Source of the DNA: Octopus vulgaris
Lineage: Eukaryota
Length of the DNA stretch: 64,000 bases
Assembly: GCA_951406725.2 (NCBI GenBank)
Contig: OX597829.1
Coordinates: forward strand, 20,708,001 to 20,772,000
Direction of reading: 5' to 3'
Both the position numbers and the translations under genes were made by a program. This document shows, piece after piece, positions 28,527 through 40,710 of the stretch. The notes below the pieces were generated by a model. The model did no database searches and was not told where the DNA came from. It was given only the letters and a program-made list of their open reading frames with translations. The number at the start of each line of letters is the position of its first letter. Positions within the stretch are counted from its first letter, which is position 1.

Positions 28527-28627
28527 TCTACGCTGAAGAGAAAAGAAGTTCTTGGTAAGATAGAATTATTTAATATTTAATTCTTATGCTTTCCTAAAAA
28601 CTTGATTTCGAAACGTACGTCCGTAGA
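28527..28627 (+). ncRNA. Type I hammerhead ribozyme, second direct copy
   Basis: Same motif 594 bp downstream. Confidence 0.85.
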
Positions 28628-28911
28628 TAACTTAAAATTGTATGATAGATTGCCGTCAATTCATTCCCTCTTACCTGTTTGTGTCTGCCTTCCAATTGCT
28701 GTTTTTACTGAGATCTCCTTTTTAGTAGAAGAAATAGCTATAACTCTTTGACTGCTATTTCTAAATTCGGTATGTGGTAAGGCAATTCGTTGCCAAACCC
28801 TTTATTGCTTAGTATTACTTAAATTTTCCTCGAATGAGGCTTTTACATGCCGAAGACTACTTGGTGTTATTGATAATTATTCCAAATTAATTAATTTCAC
28901 CCTTCATTATT

Positions 28912-28967
<56 letters not shown>

Positions 28968-29042
28968 TATTTATATATTTTTGTCTTGAGATATTTATTA
29001 TAATATATTTATATATATGTTTTTGTCTTGAAATATTTCCAG

Positions 29043-29154
29043 ACACCAATGATTGTAGTCCAAATCCTTGCCAAAATCATGGCATCTGCACTGACAGAAT
29101 AAACGGTTTCTGCTGTGTGTCCCAAAGGATGGAAAGGGAAAACATGCAATTCAA
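29043..29154 (+). CDS. JAG1: Jagged exon, EGF12 (TNDCSPNPCQNHGICTDRINGF...PKGWKGKTCNS); 2 nt short
   Basis: tccAG/GTaaga; 112 nt instead of 114, frame breaks in the tgtgtgt run at about 29111-29120. Confidence 0.88.
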
Positions 29155-30499
29155 GTAAGAGATTATTCTATTATTTTTTTGTTTCTTTTACTCATTTCAG
29201 TCATTTGACTGCAACCATGCTGGAGCACCGCCTTAAAGGGTTTTAGTAATAGAAATTGACCCCAGGACTTTTTTTTAAGCCTTGTACTTATTCTACTAGT
29301 CTCTGTTTTGCTGAACTGCGAAATTACGGGGCAGGTAAGTATGCCAACGCTGGGGTTATCAAGCAGTGGTGGGGGACAAATGCAACCACAAAGATACAGA
29401 CAGATATATACATACATACATAAATACATACATACATACATACATACATACATACACACATACACACACACACACATATGTGATGGGCTTCTTTCAGTTT
29501 CCATCTACCAAATCCACTTACAAGGCTTTGGTCAGCCCGAGGCTATAGTAGAAAACACTTTCCCAAGGTGCCACATAGGACTGATCCCAGAACCATGTGG
29601 TTGGGAAGCAAGAACTAATTTAACATGGTTTAATTAGTTTAATGATTAATTAATAGATATTACTGTTCAATGTTGCAATCTCTACATGAGTTAGTAGCAT
29701 TTAAATGAGTCATATCCAACCCAAATATTCTACTCGTTTTAAATTCAAACCAGCCAAATCTGACATCTCATACCATTCTTGCATTATCATTCTAAAAATA
29801 GTGGCTTTAGGTACAGACATGGCCATGCAGTAAGAAGCTTGCTTCCCAACCACTTGGTTCCAGTTTCAGTCCCACTGTGTGGCACCTTGGAGAAGAATCT
29901 TCTACAATACCTTTGGGCTGACTAAAGCCTTGTGAGTGGATTTGGTAGATGGAAACTGAAAAAAGCCTGTCGTGTGTGTCTTTATGCTTTTTGTTTGTAT
30001 GTATGTGTGTATGTATATGTATATATATATTTATACACACAGATACACACACACTGAAAAATGAAGGATTAAATATTTCTGAAGCCTGTGAGAAGAATCT
30101 ATTTGTCTTTGATGCATAGAACTTTTTAGAAATAAAAGATTTAAGAGATTTTCACAGAAATCTCATTAATGGTGCTTGTGCAAAGAGATGACTGTGATGG
30201 TCTTTGAGATATACTTCACTGCAAAAGGAAATAAAATGAAAACGGTACATGTCTTATATGGTGAAATTATACTCTTTTGCATTTGAAGTTTATGATTGTT
30301 ATTAATTATTATTATTATTATTATTAGCGTGTCAGACAAAATGCTTGGCAGCATTTCATCCATTTTTGTGTTCTAAGTTCAAATTCTGCCGAGGTCAACT
30401 TTGCCATTCATTCTTTCAGGGTAGATGAAATAAGGGTCAGTGAAACACTGGCGTCCATGTAATCGACTAGTCCCCTTCTCCAACTGTTATTGTTGTTAT

Positions 30500-30581
<82 letters not shown>

Positions 30582-30626
30582 ACTACTACTATTGAATATT
30601 TTTGTTCTTTCTTTGTTATTTTACAG

Positions 30627-30738
30627 AAGTGAGTCTGTGATTGTTTTACATGTTCCAACGGAGGAACTTGTCAGGATCGGGGCGCATCATTTCAATGTCT
30701 CTGTCCAGATGGATTCTATGGCGATACCTGTCAAATAG
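30627..30738 (+). CDS. JAG1: Jagged exon, EGF13 (CDCFTCSNGGTCQDRGASFQCLCPDGFYGDTCQI); 2 nt short
   Basis: tacAG/GTaatt; 112 nt instead of 114, frame breaks near 30635. Confidence 0.88.
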
Positions 30739-31045
30739 GTAATTAAGCAAATTGACATGACTGCAGTTTTTTTACTAATTCGTTGCATTACTGTAAAAAA
30801 AAAAAGTCAGAACATTTCACTCAAGAAGAAATACTTACACACACATATGCAGAAGTATATATACATACACATTTTTTTTTGTGTGTTTATGTATATATAT
30901 ATATATATATATTAGAAGAAATAAGGTACTCAGAAATGTGGATGGTTTTACATGTAAATGTAAAACCATCCAGATTTCTGAGTACCTTATTTCTTCTAAT
31001 ATATAATGCCTTTATATCACCTCCAAACCTTCTTATATATATATA

Positions 31046-31128
<83 letters not shown>

Positions 31129-31758
31129 ATATACACATACATACATTTTTTAAATTTGTTTATGGGAAACATTTTGCACATGCATATAAAGCTCCCATTC
31201 CATTATGCCAGCCACAGTCAAATGATGCTGACTGGTGAACTAGTTTTTCAAGGTTGCATCAAGTTGTATCAAGTTATAATGTGGGATACATGTAAATTAT
31301 AATATCAAAAATAATCCTTGGACGAAATTTATAAACATTTATTTATATCGCTACATGTGTTTTCACAAATTACATGTCTCTTAAGATCGTAGTCTGTAAT
31401 CCTGCGATAATTACAGTGTAGTCTGTAGTATCCGTGAACATCCAGTTGATCATTGCCATTGGTTCATTTCTTCAGGTGGAATTTGTGGAAGCATATGTAG
31501 CGATGCATTAAATGTTTACAAATTCCACCCAAGGATTATTGTTATTATTAACATATATGAGAGAGATATGGTGATGAAAACAGGAAAAATAGAACTCAAA
31601 ATATGAATATATTAATATTTTTAGCAGAAGCAAGAGAGTAATTCAAGGTTTGTGAGTTTCGTGCATTTGATAAATGCTAATGCATGAAACACTCGGATCT
31701 TGAGTCATTCTGTTGCTTTTGCTAAATATTGATAAGAATCTATCTATCTATCTATCTA

Positions 31759-31833
<75 letters not shown>

Positions 31834-32719
31834 ATGTATTTTTAACTAATTTGTAATATTTTCCTTGTTTCTAGTCACTATGATGTTGAAAATGATAAAT
31901 TACATAAGGAAAGATTAATGTTAAAATACAAAATATTAATCTTGTGCATTATTTACAGATTAGGTATTAATTGATATAAAAATTTATTCTGGTTTTTTTT
32001 GTATCCATTTTACCATACTAGCATTTGTTGGGGCATCACAGCCAGAAGCCCTTCCTGTTACAAAACCCTTCACTGTTGTGAATATACAGTGTGTTCATCA
32101 TTGATTGAAACAAAGACAGTGTATTTCAACAGAAATATGGTAACAGAAGAGTTAATTACTCCCATATAGGGTGTGTGGAGGCACATGGCCTAGTGGTTAG
32201 AGCAGTGGACTCATGGTCGAGGGATCATGGGTTCGAATCTCAGACTAGGTGATGTGTGTGTTTATGAGCGAAACACTTAAGTTCCATGTGGCTCTGGCAG
32301 AAAGTAACGGCAAACTTCTGCTGACTCTTCCGCTACAACTTTCTCTCATTTTTTCCTCTTGCATTTAGAAGCTCACCTGTGATAAATCGGTGTCCCATCC
32401 AGGTGGGGAACCTATATACCAATGAAACTGGGAAACCGGCCCTTATGAGCCAGGTATGGCTCAAGAAGGGACAAACAACAACAATGTAGGGTTGCAATTA
32501 ATACTAATGAGATACTAGTTACTACAACAATAAGGAAAACTTTTTGGAAACTCTTTCTTAAGTTACTAAATCCCTTCCAAATTCTTGACTATTTAAGAAA
32601 ATCTTTTGAAATAAATGAGCCATGCATATTTGTTAAAAATATAGACACAAAATGTTAAACAATATTGAATTTTAATTTTTTGTTTTTGTTAAAAAATTAT
32701 TTAAAATTTTCTTTCAAAG

Positions 32720-32864
32720 CTTCTTGGCACAGCTGTGATTCAAACCCTTGTCAGAATGGAGGAACCTGTGTCAATTCTGGCGACAGCTTCACTTGTTTTT
32801 GTAAGGAGGGATTTGAAGGCAATGTCTGTGAGCAGAACATTAATGATTGCTACCCGTTTCCTTG
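32720..32864 (+). CDS. JAG1: Jagged exon, EGF14 + start of EGF15 ([14 protein letters not shown]...INDCYPFP)
   Basis: 145 nt, caaAG/GTaact. Confidence 0.93.
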
Positions 32865-32876
32865 GTAACTATGCCA

Positions 32877-32929
<53 letters not shown>

Positions 32930-32931
<2 letters not shown>

Positions 32932-33480
32932 GAGTGAGAGAGCAGTGCATGCCATCTAAGTGACACTGGGGTAAAATATACAAAGCCCAGAATACCCATC
33001 ATGACTACCCATCCGATAAGGGTACACTAGGCACATGCATCGCAACAATATGTGCGCGACAGGGTGATCTCATATCAAGATAAACAGTGCATGACCTTGC
33101 AAGTGGGGCCCAGTTAGAATTTTCTTCTGGTCGAGTAACCCATCCCGCTCAAAAGGTCCCTGAATAAGAGTTGTTTAAGGATGTTGAACGAAACACCCAT
33201 GTTTCCAGAGGTGAATTATTCAAACCCCCAAAAATTCCTCTCATCACATGGCTATGATGCTCCTCCACTACTTCTGCTTGTGATCAGAGATGCACATATC
33301 GTCAGCCACTAAGGGACATTCTTAACTGGTTAAGGTCAAACAACTGACAAGCAAATCTGTGGTATTGAGCAGAATATTTGCTGTAGCCCATCTTTTATAC
33401 CAAGACAAAACAATGTACATGATAACACTTCCAATCAGTTAAGATCAGAAGCCACGAGAACCACTGCTTGGTACTGCATC
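32930..33480. mobile_element. ~500-bp interspersed retroposon-like repeat next to (ATT)n; inverted family mate at about 2845-3335
   Basis: Reverse-complement similarity between the two loci. Confidence 0.7.
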
Positions 33481-33537
33481 AGGGCATGCCATGAGAGCCA
33501 CTGTCTGGTACTGAATCATTATTATTATTATTATTAA

Positions 33538-33568
<31 letters not shown>

Positions 33569-33952
33569 CAAATTCCACTGAGGTTGACTTTGCCTTTCAT
33601 CCTTTCAGGATCATTGAAATAAGTACCAGTTGATCACTGGGGTTGATATAATTGACTTATCTTCTAAACTAAAATCACTGGCTTTCTACCAAATTATTAC
33701 CACTGCTAAGGTGGTGAACTGGCAGAATCATTGGCATGCCTGGTAAAATGCTTAACGGCATTTCATCCATTTTATATTCTGCGGTCAAATTCTGCCAAGG
33801 TCACCTTTTACCTTTCATCCTTTCAGGGTTGATAAATTAAGTACTGGGATCAGTGTAATCAACAAGTCCCCTCCCTGCAAATTTCAGGCCTTGTGCCTTT
33901 AGTAGAAAGGATTATTATTATTATTATTGTTGTTGTTGTTTTTCCATTTCAG

Positions 33953-34038
33953 TTACAATGGTGCTCAGTGTATTGATGGTGTAAAGTGGTACTTGTGTGA
34001 CTGTAGCAAAGGCTTTGCTGGACCAGACTGCAGAATAA
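33953..34038 (+). CDS. JAG1: Jagged exon, rest of EGF15 ([28 protein letters not shown])
   Basis: 86 nt, ttcAG/GTaagc. Confidence 0.95.
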
Positions 34039-34158
34039 GTAAGCGTTTCATTCTACCAGCTGTTATTTCATCTTGCATAGGTTCTGTATTGGTTAAAGAT
34101 TCATATCACTTAATCAATGTATACCTGTGAGTATGTCTGTCTATATATTTGTGTTTAT

Positions 34159-34390
34159 AAGGCGGTGAGCTGGCAGAAACATTAGCACACCGGGCGAAAT
34201 GCATTGCCATATTTCGTCTGTCGTTACGTTCCTAGTTCAAGTTCTGCTGAGGTCAACTTTGCCTTTCATCCTTTCGGGGTCGATAAATTAAGCACCAGTT
34301 ACGCACTGGGGTCGATGTAATCGACTTAATCCGTTTGTCTGTCCTTGTTTGTCCCCTCTGTGTTTAACCCCTTGTGGGTAGTAAAGAAAT
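34159..34390 (+). mobile_element. Abundant tRNA-derived SINE (other copies at about 6313-6537, 10655-11070, 12345-12565, 14538-14760, 33708-33910, 34815-35045)
   Basis: Shared GGCGGCGAGCTGGCAGAA..GTTAG (A box), GAGTTCAAATTCC (B box) and GCCTTTCATCCTTTCGGGGTCGATAAA core. Confidence 0.85.
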
Positions 34391-35374
34391 ATATATATAT
34401 TTGTGTTTATGTTTAGGTGTTAAAACCCTTTTGGTTCTAGCTTGCCAGAGAGTGCCCTTGGTTTTACAATACAGAATTTGTTTTAAGTGATCTAAATTAA
34501 AATTTCATGATGATTTATGTTCTAAACACCAGCCTAATAATAAAAAAAGTTTATCTTACTGTACTCTACATTATTTTCAAATTTCAGTTGTGAGAGAGAG
34601 AGAGAGGCAGGTTATGTCAACTGAAATATGGTAACAAAAAGGTTAAAGTGATCTAAATCAAATCCTTCTATCAAAATTTCATGTTAATTTTATATTCCAA
34701 ACTAACACCAGCTCAATAATGACTGACAAAGTTATTTTATAAAATTCTTCACCATTTTCGAAATTAATTGAGACAAAGATAGCGTATTTCAATAGAAATT
34801 TGGTAACAAATACAAGGCGTTGAGCTGGCAGAAACGTTAGCACGCTGGGTGAAATGCTTAGCAGTATTTCGTCTGCTACTACGTTTTGAGTTCAAATTCC
34901 GCTAAGGACGACTTTGCCCTTCATCTTTTGGGGTCAATTAAATAAGTACCAGTTACGCACTGGGATTGACATAATCGACTTAATCCGTTTGTCTGTCCTT
35001 GTTTGTCCCCTCTGTGTGTAGCCCCTTGTGGGCACTAAAGAAATAAGAAATTTGGTAACAATAAGGTAATTAAAGTGATCTAAATTAAAATCTAGCATCA
35101 AAATTTCATGTTAATTTATGTTCTAATCACCAGCCTGATAATAACAGTTATTCTATTAAATTCTATTAAAATATGAAAAAATCAACGAAAATACACATTG
35201 CAAATAAAAAAGGCTTTTTATGAAAGGTAATGACAGATATATACATTTAGTTGGACTGAGGTAGTAATAAAAGTCATTATTATGAGATGATTATAAGATG
35301 ATTATATAACCGTCCAACCCATGCTAGCATGGAAAACGGACGCTAAACGATGATGATGATGATGATGATGATGA

Positions 35375-35440
<66 letters not shown>

Positions 35441-35745
35441 GTTTAAATATTTGTTGTGCAAGATTTTTTATGTGAAGTCGTGTGTTGAAACAGATATTGT
35501 TGTATTTAGGAATGGTCATTTTGCCAGTTTAGCCAATAAAAACACACGCACTATATATTTGGTGTTACTTTGCTTCAGTCTTATTTATTTTTTACATTAA
35601 TTTTAATCTTATTTCGGCCATAAGATTAAGATTAATGTAAAAAATAAATAACACTGAAGCAAAGTAACACCAAATATATAGTGCGTGTGTTTTTATTGGC
35701 TAAACTGGCAAAATTACCATTCCTAAATACAACAATATATATATA

Positions 35746-35796
<51 letters not shown>

Positions 35797-36758
35797 GTTA
35801 AATCTATGTCCAGTCATATAGTGACCAGACATAGACTTAACTACATAAATACATTACTACTTTATGTTTTAGAGTGTGCTGCTTTTTGGGTATATGATAC
35901 ATTGACAATATACTGACGAGCGAAAGCAAAACCTGTTGACAAACACAATACACTTTCACTTATAAAATATATTAAAACTATGTGAACTGTGTGCATTTTC
36001 CTTCTATATTTATATATATTTTTTTGTATTACAACTCACCATGTGGAGGATAATTGAAATTCTTCTCCTCCCCTTTCGTTACTATATATATATATATATA
36101 TGTATGTGTATGTGTTTATATATATATGTTTATATATCAATAATGACAAAAGAACGAAAGTTACATAATTAATCATTAAGCATAAGTATAATGAGTTCTC
36201 ACAGTTGGTTCTTGGCATTTCCATAGCGCTAAGCAGAATTGTGATATATAATACACATACATGCACACGTAAATGTGCATGGGTGTGAGGTCCTCTTTGC
36301 ATCGCTAACTAATCTCTGTTTGTTACACATCAATTTCGGCTTTTATGCACTTGAAGAGAGTTGAAGGAAATTCGTGTGTGGTGTGTGTGTGTACCTGTAT
36401 ATCTATCTGTGGGAAATGTGTTGTCAGATGAAGTAAGAGCGTCTTACTTATTCCACCTGTTTGTCCTTGACACTAACCTAGTTTACGTCATTTGTACTGT
36501 TAGTTGTCTCCTCTTGATCATATTGTTCCCAGTTCTGACTTCTGGCTTGATCTGCCCCTCTCCTTCGCCACCACCACCACCACCTATATGCTGCTGCTGG
36601 TGACTACTCTTTACCACAGTACTTCTGTCGGCCAAGTCAACCATGACTACATATCCTATTCACTCACATTTGCATGAGTGCACACTGACACACACACACT
36701 ACACTATTCTTATATACATTATGAAAGCTATATAAAATATATATATATATACACGCAT

Positions 36759-36789
<31 letters not shown>

Positions 36790-36807
36790 CATACACACAT
36801 ATATAAC

Positions 36808-37137
36808 GGTAAGCTTTATGAAAATAGACAAAAGACGAAGGCAGGTTTACGGAAATAAACAAAAGACGAAGGCAGGTGGAATACAGACAAACAATTGTAT
36901 TAGTATGGCGCTCAGGAAATATAAATGAAACAAGTCTTTAACGTTCCGAGCCTACGCTCTTCAACAGAAAGATACACAGAGAAAAAAACACAGAAAGAAG
37001 GAGAGAAAAAATATGCGTGCAAAAGCTAGCGAATCAACATGGCGATCTGATTTCGGCCAGAAATCAAAGATCAAACATGAGACGCAAGAGCGAAATTAGG
37101 GGAGATAATAGGGTTGAATGACACCCCGCTGAAACAT

Positions 37138-37169
<32 letters not shown>

Positions 37170-39250
37170 AGAGTGTGTGTGTGTGTACGAGAGAGTATTA
37201 GTGCGTATGAGAGGTCTAGACATGTGTATGTATATATGATGTGATGTGTAAAGTCGTATGGTATAGTGTAGAGAGAGGAGAAGAAGGGGGTAAGGGGGGA
37301 GGGGGGAGAAGGAAAGAGGAGAAGAGGGGGGAGGGGGAGAAGGAAGGAGGGAGGATAGAGGGAGAGGGGGAGCAGAGGGAAGGGGAAGAGGGAAGAAGGA
37401 GGGAGGGAGAAAGAGGGAAGAAGGGAAGAGAAGTAGGGGTGAAAGGATGAAGGACTGAAGAGAAGTAGGGGTCGGGGGGAGGTTAGATGAGGAGGGGGAG
37501 GGGGTTAGATGAGGAGGGGGGCGAGTTGAGACCAAATGGCATATAAGAGCGAAGAGAGAAGATTAATTCCTGTTCACGGCGCAAACGGGAATCCGGATGG
37601 CCTCTGTGTAAGGACAAACCGAACACAGACAGGTGTTGCAAGGAGTGACCGGTGGAGTGGAAATGGCGTGAGACTGGTGTGTCGTTCGCAAGGTGGATGT
37701 CACGAAGGTGTTCCGCGAACCGGTCAGCCAAGCGGCGTCCCGTTTGTCCAATGTACAGGGAATGGCAGAGAGAGCAAGAGACGCAATAGATAATATTGCT
37801 GGAGGTGCAAGTGAAGGAGTTGATGATGCGAAAGGGTCGATGATGGGTGCCAGTGAGGAGGGTGGTGTTGGAGAGGTACGGGCAAGTGCGGCAACGTGGG
37901 CGGGAGCAGGGGAACGAGCCAGGTTGGGAGGTAGGGTCAGGGAAGGAGCTATGGACCAAAAGGTCTCGAAGGTTATGGGCTCGTTTGAAAGAGGGGAGGG
38001 GTCGGTTAGGGAAGAGGTGTGAAGTGGACGGGTCGAACTGGAGATGACGGAAAGCTCGAAGAATGGTGCGTTGGAGAGGTAGGGTCGTGGGGTGGTAAGT
38101 GAGGGGAAAAGGGAGGCGGGAGACTACAGGGCGGGTTCGGGGAGAGAGAGCAGATACACGGTCCACGGAACGTGCTCTGACAAGGGTGGTGTGGATAGTG
38201 GTGAGGGGGTATCCACGTAGGATGAAGTGGTGAGCCATACGTTGAGACTGAGTCTCAAAGTCATGGTCGTCACTACAGAGCCTACGTAGACGGAGGAATT
38301 GGGAATAGGGGATGGAAAGCTTGGTGTGTTCTGGGTGGGAGGAAGAGAAGTTGAGGTAAGAGTGTGAGTCTGTGTGTTTGTAGTGAATGGAGGTGGTAAG
38401 AGTGGAGTGAAAAATGCTAACCGAAATGTCGAGGAAGGAGACAGAGGTGTAGGAGATAGTGGAAGTGAAGTGGAGGGCTGGATGGAAAGATTGAACAAAA
38501 GAGAGGAAGGAATCTAGATGTTCACTGGAGAGTGAGGTGGCACCGATAATGTCGTCAATGTAACGACCATATAGTTCAGGAGTGGGACCAGTGAAATTAG
38601 AGAATATTTGGGCCTCAACATAGCCAACGAACAGGTTCGCATAGTTGGGGCCCATTCGCGTTCCCATGGCCACTTCCGAGACCTGATGGTAGAACTCGCC
38701 CGTGAACGAGAAGCAGTTAAGAGTAAGGACAAGTTCGGCCAGACGAATGAGTGTGGAGGTGTCAGGTTCAGGGTTGGAGCGGAGGTGAAGAAAGTGTTGA
38801 AGTGCCTGCAGTCCTTCGTGGTGAGGGATAACGGTATAGAGGCTCTGAATGTCCATAGTAAAAAGGATTTTGGAGGAGCCGGGAGGAAAGGAGAAAGAGT
38901 TGAAAAGCCAGAGAGCATGGTTGGTATCGTGGATGTGGGAGGGAAGAGATGCCACTAGGGGGCAAGGACACGGTCGAGGTATTTAGAGATGAGCTCCGTG
39001 GGGCAGTTACAGGCGGAGACGATGGGGTGGCCAGGGTTGTTGGGTTTGTGGATTTTGGGGAGGAAGTAAATGGTGGGGGTACGTGGGGTTCGCACAATTA
39101 GGTTGGATGCGGTGTGGGGGAGACGGGAGGACGAGATGAGGTCGCGGACAGTAGAGGATACCGTCTGTTGGTAGCTACGTGTGGGGTTAGAGGACAGAGG
39201 GGAGTAGAAGGAGGTGTCATTGAGTTGGCGGAAAGCCTCGGCCCTGTAGA
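36808..39250 (-). mobile_element. Penelope-like element, 5'-truncated (RT + GIY-YIG endonuclease) with 3' pLTR-like tail
   Basis: ORFs 38955-39257 and 37483-38955: YFLPKIHK, MDIQSLY, AMGTRMGP, YGRYIDD, NIIYCVSC...LYIGQTGR. Variant hammerhead-like motif at 36935-36972. Lies between TA/TG microsatellites. Confidence 0.92.
37483..38955 (-). pseudogene. Penelope-like RT/GIY-YIG ORF remnant
   Basis: 490-aa ORF; disrupted from the upstream frame near 38955. Confidence 0.85.
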
Positions 39251-39266
39251 GATGCATGTGTATCTC

Positions 39267-39318
<52 letters not shown>

Positions 39319-39326
39319 TATGTATC

Positions 39327-39361
<35 letters not shown>

Positions 39362-39439
39362 TTACAGGAATGTAAAAACGGTGCTGTATATAAAAAACAT
39401 TTTAGAGTAACATAATAACTCATATTTTTGAAATTGCAG

Positions 39440-39553
39440 ATATACAAGAATGTACTTCGAATCCATGTGCTTTTGGCAGTACTTGCATTGATGAAATTGG
39501 TAGCTATAAATGTATTTGTCCTCCCGGAAGAACTGGAAATCAATGTGAAAATG
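39440..39553 (+). CDS. JAG1: Jagged exon, EGF16 ([37 protein letters not shown])
   Basis: 114 nt, tgcAG/GTtagt. Confidence 0.95.
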
Positions 39554-39974
39554 GTTAGTCATGTATCTATGTAAACTTGTTAATTAATCAAAATTAAATT
39601 TCTGTTGTATTTAAATCAATCCTTTAGCATTTAAACTGACCATATCTGGCCAAAAATATTCTACCTGTTTCGTGTTCCTACTGACCAGATTCAGCCTCTC
39701 ACCAACCCCGTAATGTTCTTTTGAAACTAAACGACCACATCATTGAAATCTCAAAGCTATGAGATAATGTATGATTAATTCAAAACAATATGAACAAATA
39801 AGCATTACATCTGACAGAATAATGTAAATGCTAAAGGCTAAAACATATACCTATATAAACAGGTTCTGGTGGGTCTAAGGATTAACATATCTTTTTGGTT
39901 ACAAGAGCCTGTCTTAATTCCAATAAAACATTTGGTAATTCTTTCAGTTTTTTTCTTTTCTGTTATATTTTCAG

Positions 39975-40099
39975 TTATTGGACATTTGCCTTCTCCTAAT
40001 TCCTGTATTTTCAAACAACATGCCTACTCTGACAAAAGCTCATGGAAACATGAGTGCAATTCTTGTCATTGCAACGACGGTCGCGTTCATTGTACAAAG
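39975..40099 (+). CDS. JAG1: Jagged exon, VWC domain N-part (IGHLPSPNSCIF...GRVHCTK)
   Basis: 125 nt, ttcAG/GTaagg. Confidence 0.93.
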
Positions 40100-40374
40100 G
40101 TAAGGAATTTATCCTGTAAACCCAGCAAGTTGTTGTTACATATTAGTTCTACTGCTGCTGTTGTTGTTGTTTAGCACCACAAGTCAATCCTGATCTTTGG
40201 TAAAAGACATTCCAGCCATGAACCTCCTATCTTTTTCCCTTGCTCATAGAGTACTCTAAACCAGTGCTTCTCAAACTATCTAATGTGGCATACTGGCAGG
40301 TTTTTTTTCCAATGTGCCAGCAACTGGTAATCTTTCTTAGTAATATATTAATTTATACTGGAAACAATATATAT

Positions 40375-40648
40375 AACAACAACACTGAACACCTTTTTGA
40401 TCTTCATGTGTCTAACACACGTGGACATGCCTACAAAGTCAGAAAACAACACAGCTCCCATGACTTTCGGAAACATTTTTTCACGCTCAGAGTTGCTGAA
40501 GCATGGAACAAACTGCCTGCGTCAGTTGTTGACTGCCATGACACTGCATCCTTTAAGGCCCTCATGCTTTCCGAAATCCGCCGAAACTACACCTGATTAT
40601 ACATACACTTTAGATGAGGTGTAGTGCACCTGAGCACTGTACACAATG

Positions 40649-40710
<62 letters not shown>
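40375..40710 (+). mobile_element. Short CR1 3'-end insertion with (ATT)n tail; near-identical shorter copy at about 10712-10890 inside a SINE
   Basis: NTRGHAYK...FRKHFFTLRVAEAWNKLP is a typical CR1 C-terminus. Confidence 0.85.

Larger units (their letters stand above)
26924..28918. mobile_element. Non-coding 594-bp unit array: one inverted, circularly permuted monomer (26924-27493) + 2.4 direct copies (27494, 28088, 28682); Penelope pLTR / retrozyme-like
   Basis: Near-identical repeats with exact 594-bp period; (TA)n on both flanks; no ORF in the track; one hammerhead per full monomer. Confidence 0.85.

Noticed and set aside
14310-29120. The -1 and -2 frameshifts as mutually compensating or programmed
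   Set aside because: The intervening exons would be read out of frame and lose all EGF cysteines, and a third frameshift follows.
35910-35945. CTGACGA-GCGAAAGC-AAAAC hammerhead-like motif
   Set aside because: GAAA is mutated, and no helix I or cleavage triplet could be assigned.
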